Assembly (NCBI RefSeq): GCF_009914755.1
Contig: NC_060947.1
DNA: 64,000 nt
Reading direction: 5' to 3' (one strand)
From: the human T2T-CHM13v2.0 reference genome, Homo sapiens
In this document: one piece after another, positions 46,833-63,574 of the stretch
Position numbering within the stretch: position 1 is the stretch's first letter
Layout: each line of letters begins with the position of its first letter
Program-made: the position numbers and the translations under genes
The notes under the pieces: generated by a model
The model's database searches: none
Seen by the model: only the letters and a program-made list of their open reading frames with translations
What the model was told of the DNA's origin: nothing

Positions 46833-48346
46833 GTAAATTGGTACCAGTAGAGTGGGGTGCTGCTATAAAGATTCCTGAAAATGTGGAAGAGACTTTGGAA
46901 CTGGGTAACAAGCAGAGGTCGGAACAGTTTGGAGGGCTCAGAGGAAGACAGGAAAATGTGGGAAAGTTTGCAACTTCCTAGAGACTTGGAGGGCTCAGTA
47001 AACAGAAAGAAGCGGGAAAGTTTGGAACTTCCTAGAGACTTGTTGAATGGCTTTAACCAAAATAGTGACAGTGATATAGACAATAAAGTCCAGGCTGAGT
47101 TGGTCTCAGAAGGAGATGAGGAATTCGTTTGGAACTGGAGTAAAGGCCACTCTTGCTGTGCAAAAAGACTAGCAGTATTTTGCCCTTGCCCTACAGATCT
47201 GTGGAACTTTTAACTTGAGAGAGATGATTTAGATTATCTGGCAGGAGAAATGTATAAGCAGCAAAGCATTCAAGAAGAAGCAGCACATAAAAGTTTGGAA
47301 AATTTGCAGCCTGACAATGCAATAGAAAAGAAAAACCCATTTTCTGGGGAGAAATTCAAGCCTGCTGCAGAAATATGCATAAATAACAAGGAGCCGAATG
47401 CTAATCATGAAGACAATGGGGAAAATGTCTCCAGAGTATGCCAGATACCTTTGCAGTAGCCCCTCCTATCACAGGCTCAGAGGCCTAGGAGAAAAAAATG
47501 GTTTCATGGGCTGGACTCAGGGGCCCCCTGCTGTGTGCAGTCTAGAGACTTGTTGCCCCATGTCCCAGCTGCTCCAGCCATGGCTAAAGGGGGCCAAGGT
47601 ACAGCTTGGGCTGTGGCTTTGGAGGCTGCAAGCCCCAGGCCTTGGCAGCTTCCATGTGGTGTTGAGCCTGTGGGTGCACAGAAGTCAAGAATTGAGGTTT
47701 GGAAACCTCTGCCTAGATTTCAGAGGATGTGTGGAAATGCCTGGATGTCCAGGCAGAAGTTTGCTGCAAGGGTGGGGACCTCATGGAGAACCTCTGCTAG
47801 GGCAGAGCAGAAGGAAAATGTGTGATTGGAGCCCCTATACAGAGTCTCCACTGGGGAACTGCCTAGTGGAGCTGTGAGAAGAGGGCCATCGTCCTCCAGA
47901 CCTCAAAATGGTAGATCCACCAACAGCTTGCACTATGCATCTGGAAAAGCCACAGACACTCAACAGCAACCTGTGAAAGCAGTCAGGAGTGGGGCTGTAC
48001 CCTGCAAAGCCACAGGAACTGAGCTGCCCAAGACCATGGGAACCCACCTCTTACATCAGCATGACCTAGATATGAGACATGTAGCCACAATAGATCATTT
48101 GGGAGTTTTAAGATTTGACTGCCCCATTGGATTTCAGACTTGCATGAGGCCTGCAGCCCCTTCATTCTGGCCAATTTCTCCCATTTGGAATGGGTGTATT
48201 TATCCAATGCCTGTACCTCCCATTGTATCTAGGAAGTAACTAATTTGCTTTTGATTTTATAGGCTCACAGGTGGAAGGGACTTGCCTTGTCTCAGATGAG
48301 ACTTTGGATTTCGGACTTTTGAGTTAATGCTGAAATGAGTTAAGAT
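46833..48346 (+). mobile_element. THE1 internal region, 3' LTR missing
   Basis: GTAAATTGGTACCAGTAGAGTGGGG start; MaLR-internal ORF remnants (46881-48239); ends at GCTGAAATGAGTTAAGA and abuts L1 sequence. Confidence 0.9.
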
Positions 48347-51655
<3,309 letters not shown>

Positions 51656-52132
51656 GTCTATGCTTTTACATGCAATGTAATCCCTTCCATTTCAATCAAA
51701 TGTAATCCCTTCCATTTCAATCAAAAGACCAATTCAAGTCTTACTTCCTCCTTTTAGCAGTCTCTGATAACCACATCATACGTGATTGTTCCTTTCTCTC
51801 AACTCTTCTAGCATTTTGACTACTAGGATGCTTACAGTGCTGTATCTTTGAGAGCAGAGGCTATAGCTTATTCTTACATGAATATGTCATTGGCTCCAGT
51901 CCCAGTGCTTGGCACAGAGCAGACACTCTTTAATAAAGAAATGAATTTTATTCAGCTTTTTTCCCATCTTATTTCTTACCAGAAATACAAATTGTATGAG
52001 TTTCAGAAAAATGGTATTTCGGTCAAAGTGACAGGCTCACTAAAAGACAATAATGCATTTCATTGAAAAGCAGGATATATTTTTTATTTAATGACTCTTC
52101 CTCTGACATCTACTTGTGACAGAAAATGTTAA

Positions 52133-52877
<745 letters not shown>

Positions 52878-53417
52878 TAACATGCTGTCTTGCGCCTAGC
52901 TTTCTTTTTCATTTTATCATGAATAGCCCATAGAGTCAACCTGGGTGATGGAGGAAAGAGGTTAGGCAGAGAAAAATAGCTAACAAACAGAAGCAAGAAA
53001 ACATAACAGGAGTTGGGGAAACAGAGACAATGTGAATTCAGAACCATTAGACCATGACATCGAGTTGTGTACCAGTTTTGGAGAGGAGGCCACTGGGAAC
53101 ATCTTGAGGAAAAAAAGGGAAAATCAAACCAAATCTCAGAAGCAATGTCATATCTTGAACTTCACAAATAAATGTATAAGATGGAGAGGAGGAAAGAAAA
53201 CACCTAAAGACTAAGCCACAAGTGAGGTATTTCCTGACGTACTGAGCAGTAGGGGGACCCAATCCCACCTTCTCTAAGCTAAAGGCCAATATGGTCAGAT
53301 GGGGAGGCATCAGGTGGTATGAAGGGATGGATTCTTTCAGAGGGTTTTTGCTTCCATAAGAAATAACAAAAAAGACCACAAAACTGCAAATTTAGAAATA
53401 ATCAAGAAATTTAGTGA

Positions 53418-53630
<213 letters not shown>

Positions 53631-54428
53631 TAGTAGAGATGGGGTTTCATCATGTTGGCCAGGCTGATCTCAAACTCCTGACCTCAGGTGATCCGCCCAC
53701 CTCAGCCTCCCAAAGTGCTAGGATTACAGGCGTGAGCCACCACACCCAGCTGGAAGAGGAGGTTTCAAGCAAGAAATATCTTTGGCCAGGTGCAGTGGCT
53801 CATGCCTGTAATCCCAACACTTTGGGAGGCCAAGTCAGGCAGATAACCTAAGGTCAGGAGTTTGAGACCAGCCTGGTCAACATGGAGAAACCCCATCTCT
53901 ACTGAAAATACAAAAATTAGCCGGGCGTGGTGGCAGATGCCTGTAATCCCAGCTACTCGGGAGGCTGAGGCAGGGAGAATTGCTTGAACCCAGGAGGAGG
54001 AGGTTACAGTGAGCCGAGATCACGCCATTATACTCCAGTCTGGGCGACAGAGTGAGACTCTGTCTCAAGAAAAAGAAAAAAGAAAAAGAATATCTTCTGC
54101 TCCCCATTTAGAACCTCTGGCTTTCATTCTCAGTTCTTAGCTTTAATATTGAGGTATCTGGACCTCTATATGTGGCTTTGAACTACCATCACACTTCTTG
54201 TAGTTTTAGAACCAGTTGTTCTTCCAGGGGCTGGTTTATTAAATTCCTAGGGAATCCATGAGAAGAGTTACATAGGGAAGGGCCCCCTTCCAAGGCTGCG
54301 ACTGAGAAAGCCCTCTCTTTCCTTGTATTGGGCACTTGAGACCTTGACAAGAAAACGAGTTTTTGCTGAAGCCAGTGTGACATATATACAGCTAATCCAA
54401 AGAGGAGACTGATAGAAACAGCTCTTAC

Positions 54429-54511
54429 ATACAAAGCCACAGAGGAGGTATCCTAAACTTGGAGATAGATCTGCTCCTCATCCATGGAAAGCCAGAGGGA
54501 ATATAATACAC
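54429..54511 (-). pseudogene. Rasl11c: Decayed internal exon of a RASL11-family small GTPase (Rasl11c-like unitary pseudogene remnant)
   Basis: Minus strand reads (G)VLYSLWLSMDEEQIYLQV*DTSSVALY and aligns without gaps to RASL11A GKLYSRLVYVEGDQLSLQIQDTPG (recalled). Stop TAG at 54455-54453 replaces Gln; polypyrimidine tract plus mutated acceptor (CAT|GT) upstream; donor GTAAGA at 54428. Confidence 0.75.
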
Positions 54512-54553
54512 ATGATAGAGAGAACAAAGTTTAAGACTCACTATGTTGTGGTA

Positions 54554-54777
54554 TAGGGGTGTGCAATCTTTTGGCTTCCCTGGGCCACATTGGAAGAAGA
54601 ATTGTCTAGGGCCACACATAAAATACATTCACTCTACTAATGATAGCTGATGTACCAAAAAAAAAATCACAAAAAAATCTCATGATGTTGTAAGAAAGTT
54701 TACAAATTTGTGTTGGGCTACATTCAAAGTTGTCCCGGGCTGCATGTGGCCTCCAGGCCACAAGTTGGAGAACCTTG
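54554..54777 (+). mobile_element. MER30 (hAT-Charlie) DNA transposon
   Basis: AGGGGTGTGCAATCTTTTGGCTTCCCTGGGCCACATTGGAAGAAGAATTGTC...CAAGTTGGAGAACCTTG matches the recalled MER30 consensus along its length. Confidence 0.88.
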
Positions 54778-56937
54778 TAGTAGAAACCATGCATCAAGGA
54801 ATCAGGAGACATGTCCAGTTCTACAACTTGCTGCATAACTTTAGCAAACCCCTTCCATGTTATGAAATTCCATTTTCTGGATGAAAGTTGAGGGAGCTCG
54901 ACACACAATTTCTAAGAGTCTTCAGAACTGAAATAGCTGCCTGAGTGGGAAAAGGATCCACAATCCATTAACAGCCAGGAAATGGATAAGGTTTTAATGT
55001 CCAGTGAAGAAATTGCTGTGGGGGTAGAGTTGGACAGGGCACCTGAGAGAGATATATCTCTCAGGAAAGGAGGGATACAAGAATTCAGTTTAACCTGATT
55101 TTTTTGAAGGCTTACTTCTCCCTTTCTACTGGTGCCACCAGTACAGTGCCTTTGGTCTAGTCATAGGGTTGGATACCTGGCTATACTTTTGGGATATAAG
55201 GGCTAGCTTGATACTTCCCAGAATAGCCTTTAAATAGTTAGCTTTCCCGTGTATCTGTCGTAGGAAATTCAGTGGATATTGGTGTTGTGATTGGACCACT
55301 GCCAAGGTCCAAGAAAGGAAAGCTTCATAAGGGAGAGGATTAGCTGAGCCTGATTGCCGGGAGTCTACCAATAGACTTTTGCCCCTGAGGCTTCTGGCAC
55401 AGTACCTCTCTTGTCTTTTGGAAGTGCTAACAAATCTTCTGCCGGCTTGCTAAAGTACCAAACTAGAAAATTTGAGAAAAGGCCAGGCGTGGTGGCTCAC
55501 ATCTATAATTCTAGCACTTTGAGAGGCCAAGGAAGGCAGATTGCTTAAGCCCAGGAGTTCGAGACCAGCCTGGGCAACATGGCAAAACCCCGTCTCTACA
55601 AAATATACAAAAATTAGGCTGGGTGTGGTAGCTCACGCTTATAATCCCAGCACTTTGGGAGGCCGAGGCGGGCGGATAATGAGGTCAGGAGTTCGAGACC
55701 AGCCTGGCCAACACAGTGAAACCCTGTCTCTACTAAAAATACAAAACTTAGCCAGGCGTGGTGGTGGGCACCTGTAATCCTAGCTACTCAGGAGGCTGAG
55801 GCAGGAGAATTGCTTGAACCTGGGAGGCAGAGGTTGCAGTGAGCCGAGATTGCACCACTGCACTAGAGCCTGGGCGACAGAGCTAGACCCCATCTCAAAA
55901 AAAAAAAATACAAAAATTGCCAAGTGTGGTAGCACACACCTGCAGTCCCAGCTACTTGGGAGGCTGAGATGAGAGGATCACCTGAGCCTAGATGTCAAGG
56001 CGACGGCGAGCCATGATTGCGCCACTGCACTCCAGCCTGGGTGACAGAGTAAGACTCTGTCTCAAACCAAAAGTAAAAAGAAAATTTGAGAAAAATAATT
56101 CTTGAGGCCTATTTAATCACTTCCTAGAAAAAATTATTGACATCACTCCCAGAGTCCCAGGAGAGCAACACTAAATGCAACTTAGTTAAAAATTTTTCTG
56201 TCATAGCCATACACACTATATTCTAAATACACACACATAAGCACATTAGATACATATTCACACACAGTAGATAGAAACACATACAGAGGAAAAAAATATA
56301 TATATATATATCCTATGTCTTTCCTAGACAGCCTTTTCTGACTGAAAAAGTATACTTTTGTGCCAATCAGAGAAAATTTCAGTCACCTAAAAACCTCATA
56401 AATGGAGAAAATCTGTCCATAGTAAAACAGCAGTCTGAAGCTCTGTGGGGTAATTATGGCCTCCAGGGCTCTACCAAGTAAAGAAAGCTGTGGCTGTAGC
56501 TTTCATACTAGCAGGGATCAACATTCACTGAATCACATATGTCACTGCCAGTTGTGTCATTTCCCATGTAGGCCTAGCTCTTAGTTGTTAGGAAGTCTTG
56601 CTGTTGCACCAGTTGCCTGTGTGATGGTTTGCCTAACCCCATCCTCACTCTATCAGAAGGCTTTTTCCTCTAACCTCACATCATTGGGTGGATTTGCTGG
56701 GGGAGAGAGGCTCATGGAGATTTGGAGAAATTGCTCCTTCCTTAGAAGGTTCAGGGTTGGATGGCTCACCTCTTTTAATGCTGTGACCCAATCGGAAGGA
56801 CAGATGCAAAGACTGGAAGAAAAGAACAGGAATAAATTGGAGGTATTCCAGGATGGGAAGTGGGGAGAGGGTAGAGGAAAGCTTAAAGGAGTTTTTATTT
56901 CTCCATGTGGGATCTGCTTCCTCCTTTTTTTTTTTAG

Positions 56938-57093
<156 letters not shown>

Positions 57094-59805
57094 TAGTAGA
57101 GACGGGGTTTCTCCATGTTGGTCAGGCTGGTGTCAAACACCTGACCTCAGGTGATCCGCCTGCCTCGGCCTCCCAAAGTGCTGGGATTACAGGCATGAGC
57201 CACCGAGCCAGGCCAAGTATTTTACACTTTTACATATGAGTAAATTCTCTAATTTATCTGAACTATTAAATAACCCTATGATTCAGGTGAAGCAGGGAGG
57301 ACCAAACATGTCCAGAGAGGTTGTTGAAGATCACAAGTAAGCCAATAGCCGATGGAACCCCAGCACTACTCCTAACTTCTAGTCCAATTCTTTTTTTTAT
57401 GCTAAGCTGATTTTCTTTTGGAATTGAGTATGACTTGTCTTCCCAATGAGATTATGAACTCATGCAGGGCAGGGATCTTGTATTACTGATCTCTCTATCC
57501 CCTAAAGCAGCAACCACATTGTCTTGAATGAGGCAATGATTGTGTGTGGTTAATTGATTTCTCAAAACGTATATTCTCTTTCTGCTCCTAACACTGGACA
57601 CCGTTGATCTGTAACATTTAAGTGTCTGTGTTTATTTCAATAAGCCTTTGCTGAGTATGACGATATGTTTTCAGCACACAGTGCTAGGCCCTGATATGTA
57701 AATTAAAGTTATAAGTAAGATAGGGTCTCTGTACTCAGGGAGCTTAAGGTTTTGTTAGAGATTTCTAAAAGCAAGAGAAATAGTGGTTAAGGGGAAGGCC
57801 CTAGGACCCTGTCCTCTCTTTCTTACTTCAAGCATCAGGTTGGATTCATTTCTGCAAGTTACTATAACAGGACAACTTTTAAATTTCTGTTAAAATCATT
57901 TTATTTTTAGGAATGAACTGCTTTAAAGCTAGGCTTTGTCCTTCCTAATGGATGGAGTAGGGGTAAGATCAAGAGAAGACGTGGTCCAAACTCTGCAGTC
58001 TAGTTTCATTAGGACAACTTGGTCAAATTTACTATGGAAATAGGTTTATTCTTCTGAGGGAAAAATTCAACCCTGTTGTGGCTTTTCTATCCAAAAGAGC
58101 TACCTAGAGTGAATATTTTGTGAGCAATGGATACATTCTTCTCTAAGAGGTCCTCAATGTCCTTTACAAAGCCATTTCTCAGCAGTCTTCACTCTCTTTC
58201 TTACTCTGATCAGGGTAATTAACCAAGCCTTAACTGAACACTGAACCAGGCTTTGTTATGGGAAATACAGAGATTGAAAAATTTAGTCTCTTAAACCTCT
58301 TCAGATGTAAGTGGAGAGAAAAGACTAAAGTGAATAAAAACAGCTCCCACACAAATCAGTTGTATTCCAAGGGCAAAATGAATGGTAATTGTAGTAAATG
58401 TTACAGTTCAGAGAAGGGGATGATTTGTATGGTCAAGAGAGGTTTCAAGACTAGGATGGGTAAAATTTAAAGGGGTGAAGAAGAATGGGGTGGTGGCGGG
58501 GCAGAGAGACAAAGGCAGCCTAGGCAAAGGTAAAGATATACAGAATGAGTATAGTAGGACACTGTGGGGTTTTGGGTGAAATAGAGACAAAGTAGTGAGA
58601 AATGAAGCTGGAGCAGCCACAGACACACAGAAATGGCTTGACTTCTAGGGTAAAGAGCTTGGACCTTATCCAAGAAGCAATGGGCTGCTATTTGGTATTT
58701 ATAGCCTCAGCTGAACTTTTACTTCTATATGTTCCAGCTGTCTACTGGGTTATAAACTTTTTGAGCGCAAAAATGGTATTCTATATCTTTGTAACTCCAG
58801 AGTATCTAGCAGTGTAAATCAAAGTACAAGAAATATGAAGGAGTTTGGCAGTTAGATTATGAATTAAATTCCTGATTTTGCTTGTGGTCATATGTAAAAT
58901 TCAGTGAAACAAAAATAGGCCCCAACATGTACTTGAAAATTCAGGAGAAGAAAAAAACAACTGAAAGCTTGAGTTGAAATTTGACCAACAGAGACAGATG
59001 AACATTCCTTTCCTTTGTATAAGATGAAGAAAGCCTCTCCAGGAAATGACAAGTGCCCTTGGGAATTTAAGCTCTGCTCTCAAGGCCCTAACAAAAGATA
59101 AGAGAGGTTTTATGTCTTGTTTCCCTGAGACATTTGTGAACTGTTATGTGAAGTCACTTACAGGGCAAGGAGACTTCCTACAGCCTCTGAAATAATATTT
59201 TGGACAATCTCTAACTTACAAATGCTTGATTCAAAAATGATACTTCCATAAAATTAACTGCCATCTCTTGCTTTCCTCTCTCTTACTTTCCTCTCCCTTC
59301 TCAAAGGCCCCCCAGTAACACTGGCAGTTGAGCTATTCAGGAAAAAAAAACAAAAAAAACGATTTTGTAGAAAATCTGTGGGAGAAAGGGACAAAGCTAT
59401 GATGACCAGAACAGTTTAGGAGACAGGAAGAGGGTAGGTGTATGTTCCCAAATAGGTCTTGCCTGACTATATGATGGCTTTCTGCCCCAAAATATCTTTT
59501 CTCACATAGCTTGAATTATTTTCAAAACTTTTTAATTCTGCCTGAAGATATACTATATGGAAACACATTGAGATAAATAAGCACTTTATTTTAATGTATA
59601 CAAACAACATCTAGGAGGACTAGGGCAGTTACCAGACCCTTGCTTATTGGTGTTGCTTTGCCAAATGAGTGCTCATTGCTTAAAGGCAATTAATCAGCTT
59701 ACTTTTCCTGATGACACAGTGAATATTAGGATAGCTGAGAAACTGAGAGTTTCAGTTGTGATAGAAAGGGTACTCCACTCTGTGGGGCTTAGCAGACTTC
59801 AATGG

Positions 59806-60916
59806 TGTAAGTAGGCAGAATTCTAAGATGGCCCCACAAGATTATTGAGTCCCTTTCGCATACACACCTTGTTCTGTAGCAGGACGAGCCGCAGACAAAA
59901 CTCCTCAGACACCGAGTTAAAGAAGGAAGAGGTTTATTCGGCCGGAGGCATCGGCAAGACTCCTGTCTCAAGAGCTGAGCTCCCTGAGTGAGCAATTCCT
60001 GTCCCTTTTAAGGGCTCACAACTCTAAGGGGGTGCGCGTGAGAGGGTCGTAATCGATTGAGCAAGCAGCGGGTACGTGCCTGGGGGCTGCATGCACCGGT
60101 AATTAGATCAGAACAAAACAGGATAGGGATTTTCACAGTGCTTTTCTATACAATGTCTGTAATCTATAGATAACATAACCGATTAGGTCAGGGGTCCATC
60201 TTTAACTACCAGGCCCAGGGTGTGGCACTGGGCTGTCTACTTGTGGATTTCATTTCTGCCTTTTACTTTTTACTTTTTCTTTTTTTGGAGGCAGAAATTG
60301 GGCATAAGACAATATGAGGGGTGGTCTCCTCCCTTAGTTCCAGTTATTCAATCAAATGGTAGTATAGGTACTGCTGTGAATGGATTTTTCCAGATGAAAT
60401 TAAGATGCTAAATCACTTGACTATATAATTGGAAGAGTATCCATCTGGGTGGGTCTGATCTAACCACACAAACTCTTTAAAAGTAGAAAGTTTTCTCCAA
60501 CTAGTCACAGATGAAGAAGTCAGAGACTTGAAGTATTAGTGGGATTTGATGCTTGAGAAATTCTCTGTTGCTGGTTTGAAAATGGAGAGGGATAGGTGGA
60601 AAGGAATATGGGTAGCCTCTTGGAGATGAAAATGGCCACTAATTGACAGCTTGCAAGAAAATGGAAACCTCAGACCTACATATGAAAGGCATTGAATTCT
60701 GCCAACAACCCGAATGAGCTTGGAAGAAGACCCTGAGACCCAGATCAGAACTGCAACCCTGGCTGACATCTTCGTTTCAGCCTTGAGACCTCCACAGAGG
60801 ATCCAGCTAAGCTATGCCAGATTCCTGATCCATAGCAGCTGTGAGCTAATAAATGGCTGTTATTTTAAGCCATTCAGTTTGTATTCTTTTGCCATGCAAC
60901 AATAGAAACTAATACA
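59806..60916 (+). mobile_element. MLT1 (MLT1D/E-like) MaLR LTR split by LTR2
   Basis: GTAGGCAGAATTCTAAGATGGCCCC...GTTATTCAATCAAA...GCAACAATAGAAACTAATACA. Confidence 0.85.
59875..60336 (-). mobile_element. LTR2 (HERV-E/Harlequin) solo LTR
   Basis: Reverse complement starts TAAGGGAGGAGACCACCCCTCATATTGTCTTATGCCC and ends ...CTGCTACA; 4-bp TSD GTTC at 59871-59874 and 60337-60340. Confidence 0.9.
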
Positions 60917-61208
60917 AATGTGATCTCCTGGGATGAGCCTGAGGGTATTGGCATTCAAGGGTCTGGGGAGAAGGGCTCTATAAAGCAATGGGCTACCAAA
61001 AGCAAACTTACCTATTTGAATATTTTGCTGATGAACTGGCTCTACCCAAGAAGGTGGAAGGTAACTCTCTTCCTTTTTTCTTCCTATGTCTCAGCCCATA
61101 AACAACAGGACCTTCTAGCACCCAGCACTTAAATCAGGACTGTGTTTCTAAGGCTCAGTTTTACATGAGTTAAATAGATTTTCACAGTTTGGCTTGAGAA
61201 TTTAATGT

Positions 61209-61739
61209 TGTAATGATTAATTTCATGTGTCAGCTTAACTGGATCAATAGGTCTCCAGATATTTGGTTAGACACACTACTGGATGTGTCCATGAGGGTGT
61301 TTCCAGATTAGATTAGCATTTCAATCAGTAGACAGAGTGAAGCTGATTGCCCTTCCCCATGTGAATAAGCATCATCCAATTCTTGAGGACATGAACAGAA
61401 CAAGAAGGTGGAATAAGGGTGAATTTGCAATCTATGACTGACTGCTTGAGGAGGGACATCAGTCTTCTGCACCCAAACTTAGAATTACACCATCAACCAC
61501 CCTTGCCTTCTCAGGCCTTTGGACTAGGATTGAACTATACCACTGGTTTTCCTGGGTCTCCAGCTTGCAGATGGCAGATCATAGGACTTCTCAGCCTCCA
61601 TAATCACATGAACCAATTTCTCTCTGTCAATCTCTCTTTCTCTCTCTCCAAGTCCCATGGTTAGCCAACTGCAAGCTGGAGACCCAGGAAAACCAGTTGT
61701 CTTGGTTCCATTACTCTGGAGAACCCTGACTACTAAACA
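61209..61739 (+). mobile_element. MLT2 (ERVL) LTR
   Basis: TGTAATGATTAATTTCATGTGTCAGCTT...CTCTGGAGAACCCTGACTA. Confidence 0.82.
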
Positions 61740-62049
61740 TGTATATCATTTTCTTCCATGGGAAAATGCATTCTGAGTTCCCAAAAACTTAAAAGCAAGT
61801 TTGGAGAACAAAACCTATTTGTTCTGAAAAGACTATATACCTTTTAATAGAATATAAAGCTTTAAATCAATGGAGATATATACCCTTTAAAGCTTTATAC
61901 TCTATTAAAATGTGTGTATATAAGGCCAGGCACGGTGACTCACGCCTGTAATCCCAGCACAGCACTTTGGGAGGCCGAGGTGGGAGGATCACCTGAGGTT
62001 GGGAGTTCGAGACCAGCCTGACCAACATGGAGAAACCCTGTCTCTACTA

Positions 62050-62208
<159 letters not shown>

Positions 62209-62329
62209 TCAAAAAAAATAAAAATAAAAAAAGTGTGTGTGTATGTATATAATTGTAGAGTTCCAGTCACCTGAGAGCTGATATTTGGGCGAATGAAGGG
62301 GAGAGAAGGAACCGGTCTTTTAGCAAGAT

Positions 62330-62550
62330 CATATAGCACAGTAGTTAATATCATGGCTCTAGATCCTGGTTGCCTGTGTTTAAATTCTAGTTCTGTTACT
62401 TTCCAGTTATGTGATTTTGGGTAAATTGCTTAACCTCTCAGTGCCTACTGCTTTCCCATCTGTAAAATGGATTAATAGTACAACCTCATAGGGTTGCTGC
62501 ACAATTAAAAAGTAAATATATGTAAAGCTCTTAAGATAATACCTGGCACA
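62330..62550 (+). mobile_element. MIR SINE
   Basis: Core TTGGGTAAATTGCTTAACCTCTCAGTGCC...CCCATCTGTAAAATGG...ACCTCATAGGGTTG...ACCTGGCACA. Confidence 0.85.
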
Positions 62551-63574
62551 CTATATACACAGCTTCCTTAACCCTACTAGCAAATCTAAATCTGTTCATC
62601 TCTAAAGCTTGAGTTATTTTAGCATCCAGGTATTTATAATCTTGGAATATTAGAGCCATCCTTAACCTACTGTACCCAAAGATTCTCTCATCTAAGGCCA
62701 AGTTAGGATGTTTTTATCTAATATAAATCCTATCCGATTCAATAGAAGCCTGATATCTTTATTTGTGGTCACCAAAGAAGAGCAATTCTGTTTGTTTCTT
62801 TAAAGTGGAAGAGTGTGTAAATGTTAGGAGAGTGAACCTGAAGATAAGTTTTAAAATTTCAGTCTCAGGGATATGCTTATAACCTAAGTTCAGAGTGTGA
62901 AGATGATCTATCTGATTGGGAAGCTAAATACCCAAGTGAAGTTATGTGACTAAATTTAGAATTTTGTTTTTCACTCTTTGGTCAAATTTAAATCCAAACC
63001 AAATCCAAATAGCATGGCCTGTTTGTGCAGTACTCTGGTATATCAAAAATGAATGGAAAGTCAGGCATGGTGGTGCATGCCTGTAGTCCCAGCTACTCAG
63101 GAGATTGTGGTTGGAGGATCACTTGAGCCCAGGAGTTTGAATCCAGCATGGGCAACATATCAAGACCCCATCTCTTAAAAGAAAAAAAAGTGGACATCCT
63201 TGACACAGATTGGCCTAGTTTTAAGAATAGAAAATGGGCTGGGCGCAGTGGCTCACGCCTGTAATCCCACCACTTTGGGAGGCCAAGGCGGGTGGATCAC
63301 TTGAGGTCAGGAGTTCGAGAACAGCTTGGCCAACATGGTGAAACCCCGTCTCTACTAAAAATACAAAAATTAGCTGGGCATGGTGGTGGGCACCTGTAGA
63401 CCCAGCTACTCGGGAGGCTGAGGCAGGAGAATGGCATGAACCTGGGAGGCGGAGCTTGCAGCAAGCCAAGATAGTGCCACTGCACTCCGGCTTAGGCAAA
63501 AGAGCGAGACTCTGTCTCAAAAAGAAAAAAAAAAAAGAATAGAAAATGATGACTTAAAAGGCTATTGAAGAAAA

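Noticed and set aside
46928-47040. ~56-bp tandem duplication in THE1 internal region
   Set aside because: As I recall, a feature of some THE1-int consensus sequences rather than locus-specific.
53032-53214. Plus-strand ORF containing NKCIRW, similar to RASL11B LNRCIRW
   Set aside because: Opposite strand to the Rasl11-like exon and no flanking similarity; likely chance.
54189-54440. Minus ORF with FLSRSQVPNTRKERAFS, vaguely like the RASL11 C-terminus
   Set aside because: Lies directly after the donor site with no room for the intervening domain; weak similarity, probably intronic.
55042-55065. Palindrome GAGAGATATATCTCTC
   Set aside because: Short and low complexity; no supporting context.
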